DNA of 64,000 nt. Source: Bugula neritina. Its lineage: Eukaryota > Animalia > Bryozoa. The stretch covers positions 12,184,741-12,248,740 of the forward strand of contig OZ037768.1 in the NCBI GenBank assembly GCA_964035545.1, given 5' to 3'. Both the position numbers and the translations under genes were made by a program. Below, piece after piece: positions 62,901 through 64,000 of the stretch. Under the pieces are notes generated by a model. It had not been told where the DNA came from and did no database searches. It was given only the letters and a program-made list of their open reading frames with translations. Position 1 is the stretch's first letter. Each line of letters begins with the position of its first letter.

Positions 62901-63338
62901 ATGGGAAAACTCTTGCTAGTCATAGGCATCTGTCAGATTGCCGTTGGAGTGGTTGTTGTTGGTTTGGTTGGTAAAAGCTACTATGATACGACACAGGCCT
63001 TTGGATCTTCCAAAATTGAGCAGATTAATGCGTTTGGACCAGTATTAATTGGACTGCTAGTTGTAATGAATGGAGTTTTTGGAGTGTTCACAGTATGCTG
63101 CTCAAGTAACAAGAAGATAGATGTGATCTACTTGATGGGTGCAGCAGTAGCTGCTGCTGCCGCTGCTGCCATGGTGTGGATCTACGCACTACGTGTCTAT
63201 GAATGCAGAAATATTTGCCTGTACAACCAGAAAACTCAAGACATTCACGCCACTCTACTTGCCTTCAGTTTGGGGTGCTGTGCTATGAGTGTGTTCGGGA
63301 TGATTGCCTCTTCTCTTGCTATCTGCCGGAAACTATGA
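62901..63338 (+). CDS. Intronless 145-aa four-transmembrane protein, MS4A/CD20-like
   Basis: Four hydrophobic helices. GPVLIGLLVVMNGVFGV resembles MS4A TM2, and there is a Cys pair (CRNIC) in the TM3-TM4 loop. Good start context (actATGG) and a canonical promoter. Confidence 0.8.
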   Translation: MGKLLLVIGICQIAVGVVVVGLVGKSYYDTTQAFGSSKIEQINAFGPVLIGLLVVMNGVFGVFTVCCSSNKKIDVIYLMGAAVAAAAAAAMVWIYALRVYECRNICLYNQKTQDIHATLLAFSLGCCAMSVFGMIASSLAICRKL

Positions 63339-64000
63339 AGTGGTTTACACTCCTCTTATCTTCAATGACTATTAACATAATAATGTTGTAAATCTGGACT
63401 CATGCTGGACTATGAACTGATAAAATGATAAACTCACCTGGAGTTAGTGATAGACACGAAGCTCTGGCAGAAGTTGAGATGAGAGACCTAACATTATTAT
63501 CATAAACTTAGCATTCTATATGATTCTGTACAGCATTGATATATATGCTTCTGTGGCAATAATTAAAAGTCTATTACTAATATTGTTGACTGTAGATTTG
63601 TTTACTGTATTATTATACTAAAGAATCTAATAGGAATTCTGTATTTCAGAAAAGCAGTTACTGAAAAGTTAACTGCGTTATATTTTTGTAAATAAACTAT
63701 TTTATTGAAAGAGGAAAGTTTTAAATGATTTAATAATAGCACACCCACACTTTGTGGCACCCCACCCATAATGACACTATCAGGGTACATCAAAGCACTC
63801 ATGCTATGGTCTTGCTCTCAGTATTTTCTGTCTTCAGAATTTGTGTTAGGAGAGAGAAATGCAATCCGAATAATCTGCACTCTTATAGCATAGATGATTT
63901 TTTATGACGATTAGTGCATCAAAGGGCCTCGTTGTCATATCATGTACTAGGTTTTCTCACTGGGCCTTCTATATATAAACAGTGCTATTGAAACATATTA

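Noticed and set aside
60750-64000. Next MOV10L1 exon (e.g. acceptor at ~63837)
   Set aside because: No segment in the required phase resembles the expected continuation, and the candidate reaches a stop quickly.

Overview
AT-rich, intron-rich animal (invertebrate-like) genomic DNA, not prokaryotic. Exons were assembled by hand from GT-AG sites and phase continuity. Contents: (1) decayed retroelements at 1-2531: a PHD-finger LINE ORF1 cut by a probable BEL/Pao-type LTR. (2) A complete 14-exon diacylglycerol lipase beta-like gene (3707-18837, +, 671 aa), with a candidate small antisense membrane-protein gene in its intron 11. (3) A degenerate spliced gene on the minus strand (~19.9-23.9 kb). 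(4) The N-terminal ~621 codons (13 exons) of the piRNA-pathway helicase MOV10L1/Armitage (25115 to >60749, +); the helicase core lies beyond the window. The most notable structure is MOV10L1 intron 8 (37777-58121, 20.3 kb). It holds, on the same strand as the host, three intact sigma-class glutathione S-transferase genes and the remains of a ~7.9 kb tandem duplication that decayed reciprocally: a dead copy of host exon 8, a GST 5' pseudogene, a GST 3' remnant, apparent gene-conversion tracts, and a perfect 36-bp hairpin at the deletion breakpoint. A single-exon four-transmembrane MS4A/CD20-like gene with its own CCAAT/TATA/Inr promoter lies after exon 13, also on the sense strand. A young 5'-truncated RTE LINE with a 13-bp TSD, several MITE/foldback elements and four minisatellites fill the introns.
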